From Deltaproteobacteria bacterium (GTDB taxonomy: Bacteria; Myxococcota_A; Polyangia; Polyangiales; Houyiibacteriaceae): a stretch of 64,000 bases of DNA. Positions 40,558 through 49,941 of the stretch are shown in pieces. Below the pieces are notes generated by a model. That model worked only from the letters and a program-made list of their open reading frames with translations, was not told the DNA's origin and made no database searches. The DNA lies in NCBI GenBank assembly GCA_034670305.1, contig JAXMNT010000023.1:32001-96000 (forward strand), read 5' to 3'. Positions within the stretch are counted from its first letter, which is position 1. Every line of letters starts with the position of its first letter. The translations under genes were made by a program, and so were the position numbers.

Positions 40558-42690
40558 TCACTCGACCGAACGTAGATCCGCTCGGTCTTCTCCCCGCGAG
40601 AAGACCGGCGGGCGGCCGATCGGTGCCTCGACCGTGAGGCGCATCGGCCCGTCGAGGCGGGTCCCGGTCCAGACATCGAACCACGCGCCCTCGGGCAGGT
40701 AGACGCTGCGCGTGGTGGCGCCCTCTTCGGTGACCGGGGCCACCAAGAGCGCGTCGCCCAGAAGGTACTGGTCGCTGATCGACCAGGTCTCGCGGTCGTT
40801 CGGGAACTCGAGCATCAGCGCGCGCACGATCGGCGCCGAGTCGACCTGCGCCTCGTCGGCGAGCGTGCGGAACAGAGGCGCGAGCAAGTCGTGGATCCGT
40901 GCGAAGCGGCGGAAGTGCGCGGTGGTCTCCGCGTCGCTCTCCCACGACCAGTTCTCTTCCTTGTTGTTGCCTTCGTGGGTTCGAAAGATCGGTGTGAAGG
41001 CGCCGAGTTCGGTCCACCGCAGGAAGAGCTCCTTGCTGCTTGGTCCACCACTGAAACCGGCGACGTCGTGGGTGACGTGGAACTGTCCCGCGAGCCCCAG
41101 GTTCAGCATCGCTGGAACCACCGTCGGCAGGCCATCGGCCGCGTCGAAGGTCGCCTCTTGGTCTCCGACCCAGTGAATCTGCGCCACCGATTGCACGCCG
41201 GTCCATCCGGCGCGCGCGATGAACGCGTAGTCGCCGTCGGGCCGCTCTTCGTCGAACACCTCGCGCGCCATGCGCTGCCAGTCGATCGGGAAGGTGTTGT
41301 GGTACGCGCGTGGATCGCGCCCGTCGGAGAGCACCGCGTCGAGCGGGGTCCACTCCGAGAAGTCCTGCATCCAGCCATCGAACCCATAGGTCTGGATCAT
41401 GTTGCGGAGCGCGGCCTTCACGTACGCCTCCGCGGCGGGGTTCGTGAGGTCCGGGTGCGCGCTGCGTCCGTTCGGTGCGCCGAACGCATAGCTGCCGCCT
41501 TCGGGCGATTGCATCAAGAGCCCCATCGCGTCCATCTCCGGAAAGTGGTCGTCGAGCTCCATCGCCACGAAGGGGTTCGCATAGGCCAGAAACCGATACC
41601 CGCGGTCGTGCAGCATCGAGACCATGCCCGGTAGGTCTGGGTAGAGTTCGTCGTCCGCCTCCCAGCGGTACTCGACTCCGAATCCGCCGCCGAAGTTCAT
41701 CCGGATCCCCGTCCAGTCCTGCACCCAGAACGCGGCGACCGGGATCTCGGCGGCTTCGAGGGCGTCGACCTCGGCGAGCACGTCGTCGCGCCCGCCTTGG
41801 CTCGCGACCCACAGGCCGAATGACCAGTCTGGGATCGGCGCGGGACGCCCGACCACATCGCCGAGCTGCCGCACGACGTCTTTGGGCGTCGGGCCATGGA
41901 ACACCGTCCAGGAGAGCGGGGCGTCCCCTTCGACGTCGAGCCACGCGACGCTGCCGTCGTCGAGGTTGTCTTCGGGCGCGCTCGCGGACTCGGTGCAGAC
42001 GGTGGCGATCGTGCGGCGTTCGGTGTGCACCAGCACGCCATGGCCGCGCGCGTCGAGCCAATACGGCATCGGGAAGTAGGTGGTGTGCGCGTCGCCCATC
42101 ACGTCGCGGATGCCACCGGTCCGGCCGATGCCTTGTTCGCTCACGAACAGATCGAGCACGTGGCCGCGTTGGTCGATCGCGTCGTACTGCTCTCCGAAGC
42201 CGTGAAACGATCCTTCGTCATCGCACCGGAAGGGCAGCGCGATCGAATCGACCTCGAGGTCGGCTGCGACCGTGAAGGTCAGGCGCGTGCGCTCCGCTCC
42301 ATCCGCGGCAATCGACAGCGTGCCGGCGGCCGTTCCATCGGCGCGCTGGTAGTCGATCTGCACCGCTTCGGCTTCGCTCACGAACGGGGAGCCCGCCGGA
42401 ATGAGCAACGCGTCTTCGACGTTGGATCGCCGAAAACTCCAGATGCCCAAGGGGCCTCGCGCGGTCTGGTCGAACGTCCGCAACACCGGACCGAGATCCG
42501 GCGGAATGGTCGCGAGCGAACGGTCGCCGACCTCCACCCGAAGTTCGCCGGTGGGGTGCACGACGATCCGAGCGCCGTTGCCGAGGAGGAAACTGCGTGG
42601 GGCGGGTGGGTCCGCGCTGCAGGCGAGGCACAAGACGACCCACAGGGCTTGGTTCACGATCGAGGCGCGCGGGCGCAGAGAGAGAATCAC
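40558..42690 (-). CDS. Glycoside hydrolase family 31 (YihQ-like), probable lipoprotein
   Basis: GFGEQ, WVQDWTG, nucleophile GWMQDFSE, acid/base WVGDQ, RTHEG and QYLLGDALLVAPV. Confidence 0.9.
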   Translation of the reverse strand: MILSLRPRASIVNQALWVVLCLACSADPPAPRSFLLGNGARIVVHPTGELRVEVGDRSLATIPPDLGPVLRTFDQTARGPLGIWSFRRSNVEDALLIPAGSPFVSEAEAVQIDYQRADGTAAGTLSIAADGAERTRLTFTVAADLEVDSIALPFRCDDEGSFHGFGEQYDAIDQRGHVLDLFVSEQGIGRTGGIRDVMGDAHTTYFPMPYWLDARGHGVLVHTERRTIATVCTESASAPEDNLDDGSVAWLDVEGDAPLSWTVFHGPTPKDVVRQLGDVVGRPAPIPDWSFGLWVASQGGRDDVLAEVDALEAAEIPVAAFWVQDWTGIRMNFGGGFGVEYRWEADDELYPDLPGMVSMLHDRGYRFLAYANPFVAMELDDHFPEMDAMGLLMQSPEGGSYAFGAPNGRSAHPDLTNPAAEAYVKAALRNMIQTYGFDGWMQDFSEWTPLDAVLSDGRDPRAYHNTFPIDWQRMAREVFDEERPDGDYAFIARAGWTGVQSVAQIHWVGDQEATFDAADGLPTVVPAMLNLGLAGQFHVTHDVAGFSGGPSSKELFLRWTELGAFTPIFRTHEGNNKEENWSWESDAETTAHFRRFARIHDLLAPLFRTLADEAQVDSAPIVRALMLEFPNDRETWSISDQYLLGDALLVAPVTEEGATTRSVYLPEGAWFDVWTGTRLDGPMRLTVEAPIGRPPVFSRGEDRADLRSVE

Positions 42691-42763
42691 CCGCGCAACG
42701 TAGCAGGTAGGTGCCGGTCGCCGCCCCACCTCGCGCGCGAATCTGGACCTCAGCCGCCGGTGC

Positions 42764-44002
42764 TCAGGGCCCGCCCCAGTAGTCGTCGAGTGCGACCGAG
42801 ACGTCGCTGATGCGTCCGCTCTCGAAGAGCTCCGAGCCCTCGACGATCGTGGTGCAGGTGTTGTCGGTGGACTCGAGGTGTACGAGTCGCGAGACCGCTC
42901 CGTCTCGGCAGATCGCGAACGAGCTCGTGTCGTCGAACGGGTCCGGCACCGCGGCCCAGAACGCGCAGCGAAGATCGTAGTCGAGCCGGGTGGTGGCCTC
43001 GAGATCGCATCGGCCGCCCGGGCCGAGCGTGTTCTCGGTGCGCGGCACGATCGAGCGGTAGCTGAACACCTCGGAGCGCTCCGATCGAATGCCGGTCCAG
43101 ACGACCCGGTAGTTTTCGTTCCAGAAGAAGCTCGAGATCGTGGTGAGGAAGAAGCCTTCCCGATCGAGCGTGTGGTACGGCATCGTGACGGTCCCGCCAA
43201 TCCACGGGTCCGCGTCGCCCGCCGCGAACGCACTCGGTTTGACGGCCCGAAGCTCCTCGCGGTCAAGCGGGTTCAACGTCGCCGAGCTGATGTTGCTGCC
43301 CCCGAAGTCGCGCGGCTCCACGGTGGTGCGCACCTCACCGGTGAGGGGTTCGTAGATCTGAATGGACTGGATCGCAGAGAACCCGCGGCGCCGGTTGGCC
43401 ACGGCGATCCGCGCAGATCCGTCCGGGCCCGGCTCGTGGATCGGAAAGATGTCGCTCGGTTGGTCGCCGTTGGGCACCGACCAGAGGAATCGGTCGGTCA
43501 GTCCGTTGAGGCCCACGACCTCGTCGTCTTCGGCCGCGACCACCACCGTGGTGGGCGGCGCGAACCCGATCGCGAACGGGAGCTCGGGCAAGTTGCCATC
43601 CGCATCGAGTCCGCCGCACCGGCAGATGCCCGACGCGCTGAGCGAGAACCGCAGCACTTGGCCGCCACACGACTGGCCCCCGGGCAGGTCTTCGACCGAC
43701 GCGATCAACCACGGGATCGGGCATGCATCGCTGGCGCAGGTCACAGGCAGTGCGCAGTCGCCGGGGATCCCACTGTCCTCGCCGGGTGCGTCTCGGCCGG
43801 GCGCGTCTTGGCCCGGTGCGTCGCGGCCCGGTGCGTCTTCGCCGGGCGCGTCGCGACCCACGAGGCCCCCATCGGTGCCCTCCACGACGTAGCCCGACGC
43901 ATCCGGCAAACAGCCGACCATGAGCAGCAACACCACCCAACATCCGGTCGAGCGAAGTCGAGCGAAGGCAGCGAGAGACGCCATCGGAACGGGGCGGGAC
44001 AT
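42764..44002 (-). CDS. Hypothetical lipoprotein with (G[RQE]DAP)n linker
   Basis: Lipobox MVGC; pentapeptide repeats; TGATG coupling to the upstream gene. Confidence 0.7.
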   Translation of the reverse strand: MSRPVPMASLAAFARLRSTGCWVVLLLMVGCLPDASGYVVEGTDGGLVGRDAPGEDAPGRDAPGQDAPGRDAPGEDSGIPGDCALPVTCASDACPIPWLIASVEDLPGGQSCGGQVLRFSLSASGICRCGGLDADGNLPELPFAIGFAPPTTVVVAAEDDEVVGLNGLTDRFLWSVPNGDQPSDIFPIHEPGPDGSARIAVANRRRGFSAIQSIQIYEPLTGEVRTTVEPRDFGGSNISSATLNPLDREELRAVKPSAFAAGDADPWIGGTVTMPYHTLDREGFFLTTISSFFWNENYRVVWTGIRSERSEVFSYRSIVPRTENTLGPGGRCDLEATTRLDYDLRCAFWAAVPDPFDDTSSFAICRDGAVSRLVHLESTDNTCTTIVEGSELFESGRISDVSVALDDYWGGP

Positions 44003-44631
44003 CAGTTCTCCTCTTCTACGTCTGGTTCGTCCGGAGGTCCCTTTCGGAACAGCGAAATCAGGAACGCGGCGGGAATCGCGATCATCGCCTCGAGATCGAT
44101 CTCGATGCCCGCGGTCACTTCCCAGCGACCTGGTTCGTCCAGATGCACCCGGCCACTGACAAACACTTGAAGACCGAGACCGTACGCGGAATGAAAGTTG
44201 TAGCTGCGGTAGCCCCACGCGAGGGTGGCGACCCCGATCGGACCGTTGGCGAAGGGCACCGACCGGGCCGCGTAGCCGGCGGCGAGGGTGAGGGTCAGCG
44301 GAAACCCGCGGGCGATCGGCATCAGCACCGCGATCCCGACCGCCGCCTCGGCGGTGTCGAAGCGCCAGGTTCTCAGATCGAGCGCCGGTCCGACCCGGAA
44401 GTGTTCGTCGCCAGGCGCGCCGAAGAGCGCTTCCATGCGCAGCAGGGTCTCGAAGACGAACTCCCGCTGCAGCTCACCGGTGGTCGCGCCGAATCCAAGT
44501 CCGTAGCGGGCGGAGACCTGCACATCGGCCCGCGCGACCGACGGTTCGAAACTCAGACTGGCGAGCGCCAGCGCAAGCACGCCCACGCCCACGCTGGGCG
44601 TGAACCCCGTCCTGGTCCCGACCCGGTTCAA
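44002..44631 (-). CDS. Putative outer-membrane beta-barrel protein
   Basis: Signal peptide ending ARA and alternating beta-strand pattern; start uncertain. Confidence 0.6.
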   Translation of the reverse strand: MNRVGTRTGFTPSVGVGVLALALASLSFEPSVARADVQVSARYGLGFGATTGELQREFVFETLLRMEALFGAPGDEHFRVGPALDLRTWRFDTAEAAVGIAVLMPIARGFPLTLTLAAGYAARSVPFANGPIGVATLAWGYRSYNFHSAYGLGLQVFVSGRVHLDEPGRWEVTAGIEIDLEAMIAIPAAFLISLFRKGPPDEPDVEEEN

Positions 44632-44632
44632 C

Positions 44633-45445
44633 TCAGCGGGTGGTCCACACGAAGCGGTTGTCGACTTCGACGTCTTCTTCGGTCCCGTCTGGCCGCAACA
44701 CCCGCACGGTGGAACGTTCGTGACCCACCCGCGAGATCTTGCTGACCGCGCGGGCGTCTCCGAGCTCGGTGATCGATTCGCCGTCGATGGCGACGATGGT
44801 GTCGCCCACCACGATGCCAGCGCGACCAATAGGCGATTGTTCCACGATCTCGATCAGCTTCAGCCCGTTGCGCCGCGACTCGTACAGCGTGATGCCCGAC
44901 CCTCGGTGCGCGCGTGGCGGCCCCACTCGAAACTCGAGGTTGGCGGTGCCCTCGAGCATGATGCGCGCGTTGGCGCCCGGGACCGCGGACCGCGGCAACC
45001 CGGTTCCGTTCCAGGTCCCGATCGGCTCTGGCCGGACGGTGTCGTGATCCCAGAGCTCGAGCCGCAGCGTCGACCGCGGGGTCAGCAAGAGGTTGTCGGT
45101 GATCGCTTCCGCGAACGTGGGCGCGAGAGAGTCGCGCACCGGCTCGGATTCGTAGACCAGCTCCCCCTCTCGGTAGAGCCGGACGAATACATCCGGCGGT
45201 GTTCCGTCGTCGTCCCACGCGAGCCCACTCCGCTGCCGCGGCGGAATGGTCGCGGAGGTGAAGGTCACCCGGACCAGGTTCGGCGGCGGGTTGCCGGCCG
45301 AGCTGTCGCTGACGGGCGCGAGCGAGGTCGAGCGCCTCGGATGGACGCATCCAACCAAAGCAGAGCAAACCAACGCCGCGGCGAGGACCGCGGGCGACAC
45401 CGCGCGGGTGACGGAAGAAACGGTGGGCACGAGCCGAAACGCCAT
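44633..45445 (-). CDS. Lipoprotein with C2-like and PDZ domains
   Basis: Lipobox LVGC; PDVFVRL...LRLELWDHD (C2-like); SPIGRAGIVVGDTIVAIDG (PDZ). Confidence 0.78.
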   Translation of the reverse strand: MAFRLVPTVSSVTRAVSPAVLAAALVCSALVGCVHPRRSTSLAPVSDSSAGNPPPNLVRVTFTSATIPPRQRSGLAWDDDGTPPDVFVRLYREGELVYESEPVRDSLAPTFAEAITDNLLLTPRSTLRLELWDHDTVRPEPIGTWNGTGLPRSAVPGANARIMLEGTANLEFRVGPPRAHRGSGITLYESRRNGLKLIEIVEQSPIGRAGIVVGDTIVAIDGESITELGDARAVSKISRVGHERSTVRVLRPDGTEEDVEVDNRFVWTTR

Positions 45446-45687
45446 GCGGCGCATCATGTCACCGCTTGCCGGGCGACGCATCGTTTCGATCGAATGCGCC
45501 CTGCGCTCGGGTCGAGGGTCGAGTGCGCGCCGAAGACCATCAAAGTGCGGAGCACTTTGCGCGAAGCGAAGTTGGGGAGGAGGCCGGAGGGGCTTTGCCC
45601 CGCAGGCCGGAGGGGGATGCGCTCATCCCCCTCGGACAACAAACGCGTCGACTCGATACTCCGCGCCGGTCGCGATAGACTCCCGGC

Positions 45688-46137
45688 ATGCGCAGATGGA
45701 CATCTTTGGCGGCGGTGTGTTTGGCGTCGCTCTGGGCGGGCTGCTCGGCGGGGCAACAGTCGGGCACGTTCTTCTGCACCCCCGGCGAGGTCATCGAAGC
45801 AGGCTGCGGGTGCAACGGTTACGGGTCCTGCTCTGGAGACCCGGTGCTCATCGCCTGCGACGGCACGTTCAGCCCCGCGCAATGTCTCGACCGCGAGAGT
45901 TCGGGTTCGCTCGCGCGCAACGACGACACCAGCGGGTGCGGGCTCTGTTCGTACCTCGCGGTCACGTGTCCCCCGAGCGGTTCGGTGACTTTGGTGAGCC
46001 GCGCGTTCGGAAGCGGCTCGTACCGGTGCTCCATCGAACGTTCGCGCAGCTCCCGACCGCCGCCCGGCGACCCCGAGCCGGACACCGAAGATCCCGCCGG
46101 CCCCGTCTTCCCCGACGCCAGCGTCGACGCGCTCTAG
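45688..46137 (+). CDS. Small Cys-rich lipoprotein
   Basis: Lipobox WAGC; multiple cysteines; NDD motif. Confidence 0.6.
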   Translation: MRRWTSLAAVCLASLWAGCSAGQQSGTFFCTPGEVIEAGCGCNGYGSCSGDPVLIACDGTFSPAQCLDRESSGSLARNDDTSGCGLCSYLAVTCPPSGSVTLVSRAFGSGSYRCSIERSRSSRPPPGDPEPDTEDPAGPVFPDASVDAL

Positions 46138-46145
46138 CAGCGCTG

Positions 46146-47465
46146 CTAGCGCCCAGCCGCGGTCCGGCACCACGCTTCGACTTCGAGGATCGACGCTGGC
46201 ACGTCGGCCGCCGGCTCGATCCCCGGCCCACTCGTGACGTGGATGCCGTTCCAGTCGTGGTTGCAGCCGTCGTGTCCGAGCGACAGCGGATCGAGCCGGG
46301 CCTGGCCATGCCCGACGGTCCCGATCGAACGGAAACCGAGGTCGCCGAACGCGCAAAAGAGATCGGGCGGCACGCCCCGGACGACGTCGTAGAGTTCGTC
46401 GGGCGTCCACGTCTTCGTGTCGGCGGGCGCCTCCGACGCGATGAGCGCGCGCAATGTCTCGAGCGCGGCCGGCGCGTCGTTCGGTTCGACGGTCCCGGTC
46501 GGTTCCCGCCCTTTCACGTTGAGCCACAGCCGCGCGTAGTAGCCGCCTTCGCCCCACGCGCGGGTCTTCGTCCAGTCCACACAGTCGCGCAGCGGGGTGG
46601 CGGTGGTCGGGGTCTCGCGCAGCACCAGCCACCCATGCTGGATCAGCAGCTCGTTGATCGCGAAGCCGCCCTGCATCGCACGCGCGCCGTGGTCGCTGAC
46701 CACGATCACCGTCGCGTGCCCAGCGTCGTTCAAGAGCCGTCCGAGTTCTTCGTCGACGGCCTTGTAGTAGCCGAGCGCGCGCTCGAACCACGGGTTGCCG
46801 GGCTCGTGACCAGGCGCGCCGGGGTCCAGGTGCCTCCACGCCGCGTGGTGCATCCGGTCGGGCCCCATCTCGACCATCATCTGGAAGTCGGGACGCCGCT
46901 CGGTCCACACGTGCCGCGCGATCGCGAAGTGCTGCGCGGTCATCGCGTGCAGCTCTTCGAAGATCCGGTTCAAGTCGCCGTCGCGAAACGACGCCACGTC
47001 CGACTGGTACGGGCCAAAGCGTGCATCGAGCTCTGCGCCGAACTTGGGCGGGAACGTCCAAGGCCCGTCCGCGTGAAGAAAACAGGACGCCATCACCCCG
47101 CGCACCGGCGCCGGTGGGGAGGTCAGCGGCACGAACAGCGCGGCGACCGAACGGCCGGCTTCGCCGAGGCGGTCCCACACCCGCTTGACCTTCACGTCGC
47201 GGCTCGTGGCCAGGCGCAGATCGTAGGTCGGCCGCGACCGCTCCACGACGCGGTTGCGAAACCCGTAGAGCCCGAGCGCGCCCGGATCCTGACCCGACAC
47301 CATCGACGTCCAGGCCGGCACCGTGATGGGCGGCATGGTGGATCGAAGCGGGCCCCAACGTCCTCGGCGACGGAGCGCGGTGAGGTTCGGCATCTCGGCG
47401 GCCCAGCGATCGAACGCGAGGGCCGGGGGCACACAGTCCAGACCGACGACGAGCACACGGGACAT
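46146..47465 (-). CDS. Alkaline-phosphatase-superfamily phosphodiesterase/nucleotide pyrophosphatase
   Basis: VGLDC, STMPPITVPAW, GPDRMHH, VSDHG and NHDWNG. Confidence 0.9.
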   Translation of the reverse strand: MSRVLVVGLDCVPPALAFDRWAAEMPNLTALRRRGRWGPLRSTMPPITVPAWTSMVSGQDPGALGLYGFRNRVVERSRPTYDLRLATSRDVKVKRVWDRLGEAGRSVAALFVPLTSPPAPVRGVMASCFLHADGPWTFPPKFGAELDARFGPYQSDVASFRDGDLNRIFEELHAMTAQHFAIARHVWTERRPDFQMMVEMGPDRMHHAAWRHLDPGAPGHEPGNPWFERALGYYKAVDEELGRLLNDAGHATVIVVSDHGARAMQGGFAINELLIQHGWLVLRETPTTATPLRDCVDWTKTRAWGEGGYYARLWLNVKGREPTGTVEPNDAPAALETLRALIASEAPADTKTWTPDELYDVVRGVPPDLFCAFGDLGFRSIGTVGHGQARLDPLSLGHDGCNHDWNGIHVTSGPGIEPAADVPASILEVEAWCRTAAGR

Positions 47466-47476
47466 CGGCGCACCCT

Positions 47477-47986
47477 AGCAGGTCGCTGAAAAGCGACCTG
47501 CTCCTTGCCGTTGCCCTTGCCCGTGCCCTTGCCCGCGTCGTGGACGCCGTGTGTTTCGCGACGGCGAGGCCGCGAATCGGAGCCCGATGCCCACGGACCG
47601 TCGGGCCGAGGCATCGAGGCCCGATATTGCTGGTCTCTCGCGGGGTTCCTGCGGGCCCAGACGCCTTCGGCTTTCTTGGGGCCCTGGGAAACGGCTCTGC
47701 AGCAGAGCCTCCCGCGCGAGAGACAATATATTGTCTCTCGCGCGCGAGGCTTCGGAGCAGGTCCGGAGCCGTTCCCGACGGGTTCCAGGACGGCCGAAGG
47801 CGTCCGCACCCGTCGGGACGCCGCGAGAGACCAGACAATATCGAACGGGCTCTCGCCCACCTTGAGCAGGTGCTCGTCGCGCTGATCAAGCGATCTGACC
47901 GCTGATCCGCGGGCAAGGGCAAAGGCAAGGGCAGGGGCAAGGGGCAGGCTGCGACAACGCCCTGCGGGCGTTCTTCAGCAGCCTGC
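47477..47986. mobile_element. Putative non-autonomous palindromic element (MITE/REPIN-like)
   Basis: Symmetric layout of terminal hairpins, complementary (CTTGCC)n/(GGGCAA)n tracts and a central ~220-bp imperfect inverted repeat with a perfect 32-bp palindromic core; no transposase. Confidence 0.5.
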
Positions 47987-48048
47987 AGGACCGCCCGCGA
48001 CCTCCATTGGGCGTTTTCCAACCCGCGCCCACTGCGCTACAGGGCCCC

Positions 48049-48903
48049 ATGACTGAAATCCAGCGAGTGGCGGTGTTGGGCGCAGGAACGATGGGGCACG
48101 GGATCGCGCAGGTCTGCGCCGCCTCTGGCCTCACGGTGTCGTTGCGCGACCTGAACGACGAAGCCTTGCAGAAGGGGCTCGCCGGGATCCGCAGCAGCGT
48201 GGATCGACTCGTCGGCAAAGACCGGATGACCCGCGAGGCGGGCGACGCGCTGCTCGCGAAGATCTCGACGACGACTTCGGTCGAAGAAGCGGTCGCGCAT
48301 GCGGACCTCGTGGTCGAAGCCGTGCCCGAAGTCATGAAGCTCAAGCTCGAGGTCTTTCAAGCCGTCGAGCAGCACGTGCCGAACCACACGCTCTTCGCGA
48401 CCAATACCTCTTCCCTGAGTGTCACCGAAATCGGCGCCGCCACCGGCCGCGCAGACAAGGTCGTGGGGCTTCACTTCTTCAACCCGGTCCCGGTGATGAA
48501 GCTGCTCGAGATCGTGCGGGGCCTCCGGACCAGCGACGCGACCATCGAGTCCGCGCGCACGCTCGCGGCGCGCATCGGCAAAGAAGCGATCGTCGTGAAC
48601 GACTGGCCCGGGTTCGCCACCAGCCGCCTCGGCATCATTCTCGGCTGCGAAGCGATCCGGATGGTGGAGCAGGGCGTCGCCAGCCCGGCCGACATCGACA
48701 AGGCCATGGAGCTCGGATACCGACACCCGATGGGTCCGCTGCGCCTGACCGACTTGGTCGGACTGGACGTTCGGCTGCACATCATGGAGCACCTGTTCGC
48801 GGAGCTCGGGGAACAGTTTCGACCGCCCGCGCTCCTGCGCCAGATGGTTCGCGCCGGCAAACTCGGTCGCAAGAGCGGCGAAGGCTTCTACGCCTACCCG
48901 TAG
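48049..48903 (+). CDS. 3-hydroxyacyl-CoA (3-hydroxybutyryl-CoA) dehydrogenase
   Basis: GAGTMGHGIAQ, TNTSSLS, GLHFFNPVP and HPMGPL. Confidence 0.93.
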   Translation: MTEIQRVAVLGAGTMGHGIAQVCAASGLTVSLRDLNDEALQKGLAGIRSSVDRLVGKDRMTREAGDALLAKISTTTSVEEAVAHADLVVEAVPEVMKLKLEVFQAVEQHVPNHTLFATNTSSLSVTEIGAATGRADKVVGLHFFNPVPVMKLLEIVRGLRTSDATIESARTLAARIGKEAIVVNDWPGFATSRLGIILGCEAIRMVEQGVASPADIDKAMELGYRHPMGPLRLTDLVGLDVRLHIMEHLFAELGEQFRPPALLRQMVRAGKLGRKSGEGFYAYP

Positions 48904-48946
48904 GCGGCGTCGGGCGGGCCTCACCCGTTTGTGGTAGGTGGTCGCC

Positions 48947-49777
48947 ATGAGAAGACTTCTCCTCCTTGGTCTGGTCGTGGGCTGCACCGTGACGCTCACC
49001 GTCGACGCCACGCTCTACCGCCGACCCACCACCTACGATACCGCGGACAGCCCGCCGCCGCCGCTGCGCGCCGAAGCCAGCCCTGGCGAAGCGCCGGAGC
49101 TCGGCAGCATCTGGGTGAGCGGCCATTGGGAGTGGCGAGGGACGAGCTGGCGCTGGACGCCCGGCCGCTGGACCAAACCCCGCGAAGGCTACGTGTGGGA
49201 ACCGCCGGTCTGCGTTGCGCTCGCCGGCACCTACCGATACCACCCGGGCTACTTCCGCCCGGCCGACGAGGAGCCGCCGGAGGAGTACCGAGCCCCGGGC
49301 CAGATCCAGCTGCACAACCCGTCGGGTGTGCGCCCAGACGTGCCGAGCCGCGTGCAGATCCGTCCGAACGAGCCGGCCCCCGAGACCACCTGGGTCGCCC
49401 AGCGCCCCGATCCGGTCGCGCCGGACACCGAACGTGAAGTCGGCGCCAACCCAGAGCTCGGCGGCGGCGAGCCGCTCAACCCGCGCGTCGGCGCGGGCCA
49501 AGACGGCGTCACCGGTCCGACCGCGGGCGAAGCCGGCACCCAGACGGTGGAGCTGACCTGCAGCCTTCCGATCGCCCGTGTGCCCCGCGCGCAGGGCCGC
49601 TTCGTCATCAACGGCACCGGCTTCGATCTGGCGACGGTCGTGAAGGTCGGCGGCACGGTGCAGAGCATCCGCAGCACCCGCCCGACCTCGCTCGACGTGA
49701 ACATCGACCGCGGTGGCGTGGTCACCGTCCAGCGCGGCCAGACCCGCGTCGAGTGCGGTTCGATCGAACTGTTCTAG
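48947..49777 (+). CDS. YXWGXW-repeat lipoprotein
   Basis: Lipobox VVGC; WVSGHWEW, WTPGRW and YVWEP repeats. Confidence 0.8.
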   Translation: MRRLLLLGLVVGCTVTLTVDATLYRRPTTYDTADSPPPPLRAEASPGEAPELGSIWVSGHWEWRGTSWRWTPGRWTKPREGYVWEPPVCVALAGTYRYHPGYFRPADEEPPEEYRAPGQIQLHNPSGVRPDVPSRVQIRPNEPAPETTWVAQRPDPVAPDTEREVGANPELGGGEPLNPRVGAGQDGVTGPTAGEAGTQTVELTCSLPIARVPRAQGRFVINGTGFDLATVVKVGGTVQSIRSTRPTSLDVNIDRGGVVTVQRGQTRVECGSIELF

Positions 49778-49840
49778 CAGGTCGCCCCGAAGGCGCCCTG
49801 GCCCTTGCCCTTGCCCTTGCCCCTGCCCTTGCCCTCGGTG
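49774..49840. repeat. CTAGCAGGTCGC-started (GCCCTT)n repeat copy
   Basis: Same first 12 nt as 47475-47486, followed by the hexamer tract and GCCCTCGGT. Confidence 0.75.
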
Positions 49841-49941
49841 ATTGTTCCGCGACCAAGAGCGCGGCCAACGCGCACCAACCCACAACAAGCCAGCGTCGCG
49901 ATGATCCCGTGACGCTGGTTTTGTGAGAGCCTCCCCGCGAG

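Noticed and set aside
47477-47986. Autonomous insertion sequence
   Set aside because: No transposase ORF is present and no clear target duplication at both ends. I kept it only as a possible non-autonomous element.
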